DNA from: Candidatus Latescibacterota bacterium
GTDB taxonomy: Bacteria > Latescibacterota > UBA2968
Assembly: GCA_965116885.1 (NCBI GenBank)
Contig: OZ220741.1
Span: 4,640,001 to 4,704,000 of the forward strand
Length of the DNA: 64,000 nucleotides
Reading direction: 5' to 3'
The position numbers were made by a program, and so were the translations under genes. Every line of letters starts with the position of its first letter. The stretch's first letter is position 1. This document shows, piece after piece, positions 61,696-64,000 of this stretch. The notes under the pieces are model-generated. The model was not told the origin of the DNA. It saw nothing but the letters and a program-made list of their open reading frames with translations, and ran no database searches.

Positions 61696-63579
61696 GTGGA
61701 CGTTAAACTAATCTGGCTTTTTGCTTTTGTGGGACTTTACTGGGCTTACTGTCTCTTCTGGGGTGTCAGAGGTGCTATTTCTTCGCGCACATCAACTGAC
61801 TACTTCGTGGCCGGGCGCACCATTGGCTTATGGGTATTTGTCCTCGCGGCCACCGCCACCAGCTTTTCTGGCTGGACCTTTGTAGGACACCCCGGCAAAA
61901 TCCTCATCGATGGCTTGCCCTACGCATTCGCTTCCTTCTATGCCCTCACAATACCCTTTACAGGCGTGCTCTTTTTGCGCCGCCAATGGGTCGTTGGTCG
62001 CGCTTTTGAACACATTACCCCTGGCGAAATGTACACCACCTACTACGGTGGCAATGCCATGCGCCTGCTCACGGTTCTCGTAGCCTTCCTCTTTTCAGTA
62101 CCCTATCTCGGCGTACAACTCCGCGCCTCTGGCGACCTCTTCCACGTACTCACCGACGGCATGATCGGCATTGAAATTGGCATGTTTGCCCTCTCTGCCA
62201 TTGTTATGATATACGTTGCATCCGGAGGTCTTCGCTCCGTTGCCTATGTTGACTGCGCCCAGTGCATCTTGCTCGCCCTCGGCATTGTCATCCTGGGGGG
62301 CATCGCCATCAGCTTTGCAGGCGGTTGGGGCGGTTTTACCGACGGCCTTGCAGCCTATGTCAAACAAGACCTCGCATCGGGTCAAAAACTCACCCCCGCT
62401 GGCCACTCAAACATCGTGGCTATGCCGGGAACTATCCAGGCCGTATCTTCAGGGGCAGAGGCACAGGGCAGCGTGTGGACCGGCATGATGTGTCTCACCT
62501 ACATGTTCGCGCTCATGGGCATCCAATCCTCACCCGCCTTTTCCATGTGGTGCTTTTCCAACAAAACCAGCGAACCTTTCCGCTGGCAGCAAGTGGTGGC
62601 ATCCTCAATTATCATCGGCATCATCCTCTTCTCCTTCACCATCTTTCAGGGCATTGGGGGCAACATCCTCATCGCAAACGGCATCTTTGAATCCGCCAAT
62701 GACAAAAACCTCGTTCCCCAACTCATCAACCTGCTCACCGACTCGGCTCCCTGGCTCGTTGGCCTGCTCGCAGTTTGTGCCCTCGCCGCAATGCAATCCA
62801 CAGGCGCAGCCTACATGTCCACCTTCTCGGGCATGGTCACCCGCGACCTCTACAAACAATACGTCGCCCCCGACGCATCGGACAGCGTGCAAAAACTCTG
62901 TGGGCGCATCTTCGTCATCGTCGTCACAGTGGTCGCGCTATTCGTCGCCGCGCAATTCACCGGCGCCATCGTCATGCTCGGCGGCCTGGCCGTTGCCTAC
63001 GGCTTCCAGATGTACCCCGCTCTCATGGGCGTATGCTACTTCCCCTGGCTCACCCGCAAAGGCGTGGTCTGGGGCCTTGTTGCTGGCCTGATTGCCGTCA
63101 CCCTTACCGATCGCACAGTGGCCGTATTTGGGCTTCCCTGGGGCGCATTCCCGCTCACCATTCACAGCGCGGGCTGGGGCATATTCGCCAACTTGATCAT
63201 TGCTCTGCTCGTCTCGAAATTTGGCTCGGAAAACAGCGAAGAACGCGAGAAACGCAAAAAACACCATGCCTTCATCCAGGCTGTCTCTGGCCTCACTGAA
63301 GACCAGAAGAAATGGGTGACACCAGCGTGGATCCTCACCGTCTTGTGGTTCCTCGTTGGATTCGGGCCTTTCGCCACAGTTGGCAACACCCTCTTTTCCG
63401 ATCCCAATACCCCGGTCACATGGGCGCCTTTTGGTTTGCCCTCGCTCTGGGTTTGGCAACTCATCATGCTTCTCTTCGGCATCTTTGTCATGTGGATGCT
63501 CGCCTTCAAAGTCGGCCTCTCCAAACCCATTCCCATTGAAAATGTGACCTCGCAACGCAAAGCGTTTTTTGAAAAATAA
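61696..63579 (+). CDS. Sodium:solute symporter
   Basis: Many TM helices; YFVAGR, SFSGWTF.G.PG, GGLRSVA. Confidence 0.9.
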   Translation: MDVKLIWLFAFVGLYWAYCLFWGVRGAISSRTSTDYFVAGRTIGLWVFVLAATATSFSGWTFVGHPGKILIDGLPYAFASFYALTIPFTGVLFLRRQWVVGRAFEHITPGEMYTTYYGGNAMRLLTVLVAFLFSVPYLGVQLRASGDLFHVLTDGMIGIEIGMFALSAIVMIYVASGGLRSVAYVDCAQCILLALGIVILGGIAISFAGGWGGFTDGLAAYVKQDLASGQKLTPAGHSNIVAMPGTIQAVSSGAEAQGSVWTGMMCLTYMFALMGIQSSPAFSMWCFSNKTSEPFRWQQVVASSIIIGIILFSFTIFQGIGGNILIANGIFESANDKNLVPQLINLLTDSAPWLVGLLAVCALAAMQSTGAAYMSTFSGMVTRDLYKQYVAPDASDSVQKLCGRIFVIVVTVVALFVAAQFTGAIVMLGGLAVAYGFQMYPALMGVCYFPWLTRKGVVWGLVAGLIAVTLTDRTVAVFGLPWGAFPLTIHSAGWGIFANLIIALLVSKFGSENSEEREKRKKHHAFIQAVSGLTEDQKKWVTPAWILTVLWFLVGFGPFATVGNTLFSDPNTPVTWAPFGLPSLWVWQLIMLLFGIFVMWMLAFKVGLSKPIPIENVTSQRKAFFEK

Positions 63580-63629
63580 CAAGAGCATCGATGGATTGTC
63601 CATCAATGCTCTTGGATGGAGATAGACGA

Positions 63630-63842
63630 ATGGCAAAGCCTCACATCCCTCTAAAACTGGATAGAACAGCACTCTCTATAGGCTCACTTTCCGACACATC
63701 GGAAGAACGTGCATATTGGCTTACTCAAACACCTCGCGAACGCCTGAAGCAAATCGAAATTCTTCGTCGGATCAATTATGGAGATCAAGCTACCAGACGA
63801 CTTCAAAGAGTTCTTGAAGTTGCTCAACGAACATGGCGTTGA
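63630..63842 (+). CDS. Small hypothetical protein, putative partner of a nucleotidyltransferase
   Basis: YWLTQTPRERL..IE.LRRINYG...RLQRVLEV. Confidence 0.6.
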   Translation: MAKPHIPLKLDRTALSIGSLSDTSEERAYWLTQTPRERLKQIEILRRINYGDQATRRLQRVLEVAQRTWR

Positions 63843-63870
63843 ATATCTCTTGTTAGAACACCTACCCTGA
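63778..63870 (+). pseudogene. Truncated nucleotidyltransferase-like gene
   Basis: MEIKLPDDFKEFLKLLNEHGVEYLL stops before the expected GG motif. Confidence 0.55.
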
Positions 63871-63880
63871 ACGCCCTTCA

Positions 63881-64000
63881 CTATTCCCACAGACCATCCT
63901 CGAACGACACCCCAAAACCCGGCCCCTCACCCGGCGCAATTTTGCCATCCATTACTTGCGGCTGGTCGCGCACCCAATTCATCCAGGGACGTCCACTTTC
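63881..64000 (-). CDS. 3' end of a probable mandelate racemase/enolase-family gene (partial)
   Basis: ...DGKIAPGEGPGFGVSF...WE*. Confidence 0.55.
   Translation of the reverse strand, partial: ESGRPWMNWVRDQPQVMDGKIAPGEGPGFGVSFEDGLWE

Overview
Bacterial chromosome window with two halves. Taxonomy is inference only: dockerin/EF-hand-tagged secreted proteins, internalin-like LRR, cadherin and FG-GAP repeats, sulfatases and PhyH suggest a host- (e.g. sponge-) associated Latescibacterota/Gemmatimonadota-like organism. Positions ~1-30.8 kb are the right part of an integrated mobile element or genomic island that continues past the left edge. It carries an HTH replication-initiator-like gene and a 'leading-region'-like operon (SWIM protein, RadC/JAB, SSB-like, Rad52-like annealase, RHH). 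It also has a structured non-coding segment whose promoter folds on itself, and cargo genes: a sigma54 activator between two inverted copies of one enhancer-promoter driving giant secreted proteins, two DUF1524-like HNH nucleases, FRG, PD-(D/E)XK and Fic genes, and an intact IS5. About 15 orphan IS3-type ends or mini-elements lie in the island, several at cargo-gene stop codons. The island ends at a probable att junction near 30.8 kb that cuts a recombinase-associated HTH frame. Positions ~30.9-64 kb are mostly core-like: XRE, methyltransferase, nrdR, tetraheme cytochrome, tRNA-His and tRNA-Arg, TetR, HD hydrolase, M23, sulfatases, AAA/DUF4143, Fic, a sugar ABC operon with an inserted dockerin-peptidase gene, HOT and an SSS transporter. 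No CRISPR array, rRNA or reverse transcriptase was seen. Family assignments come from motif recognition by eye, not database searches.
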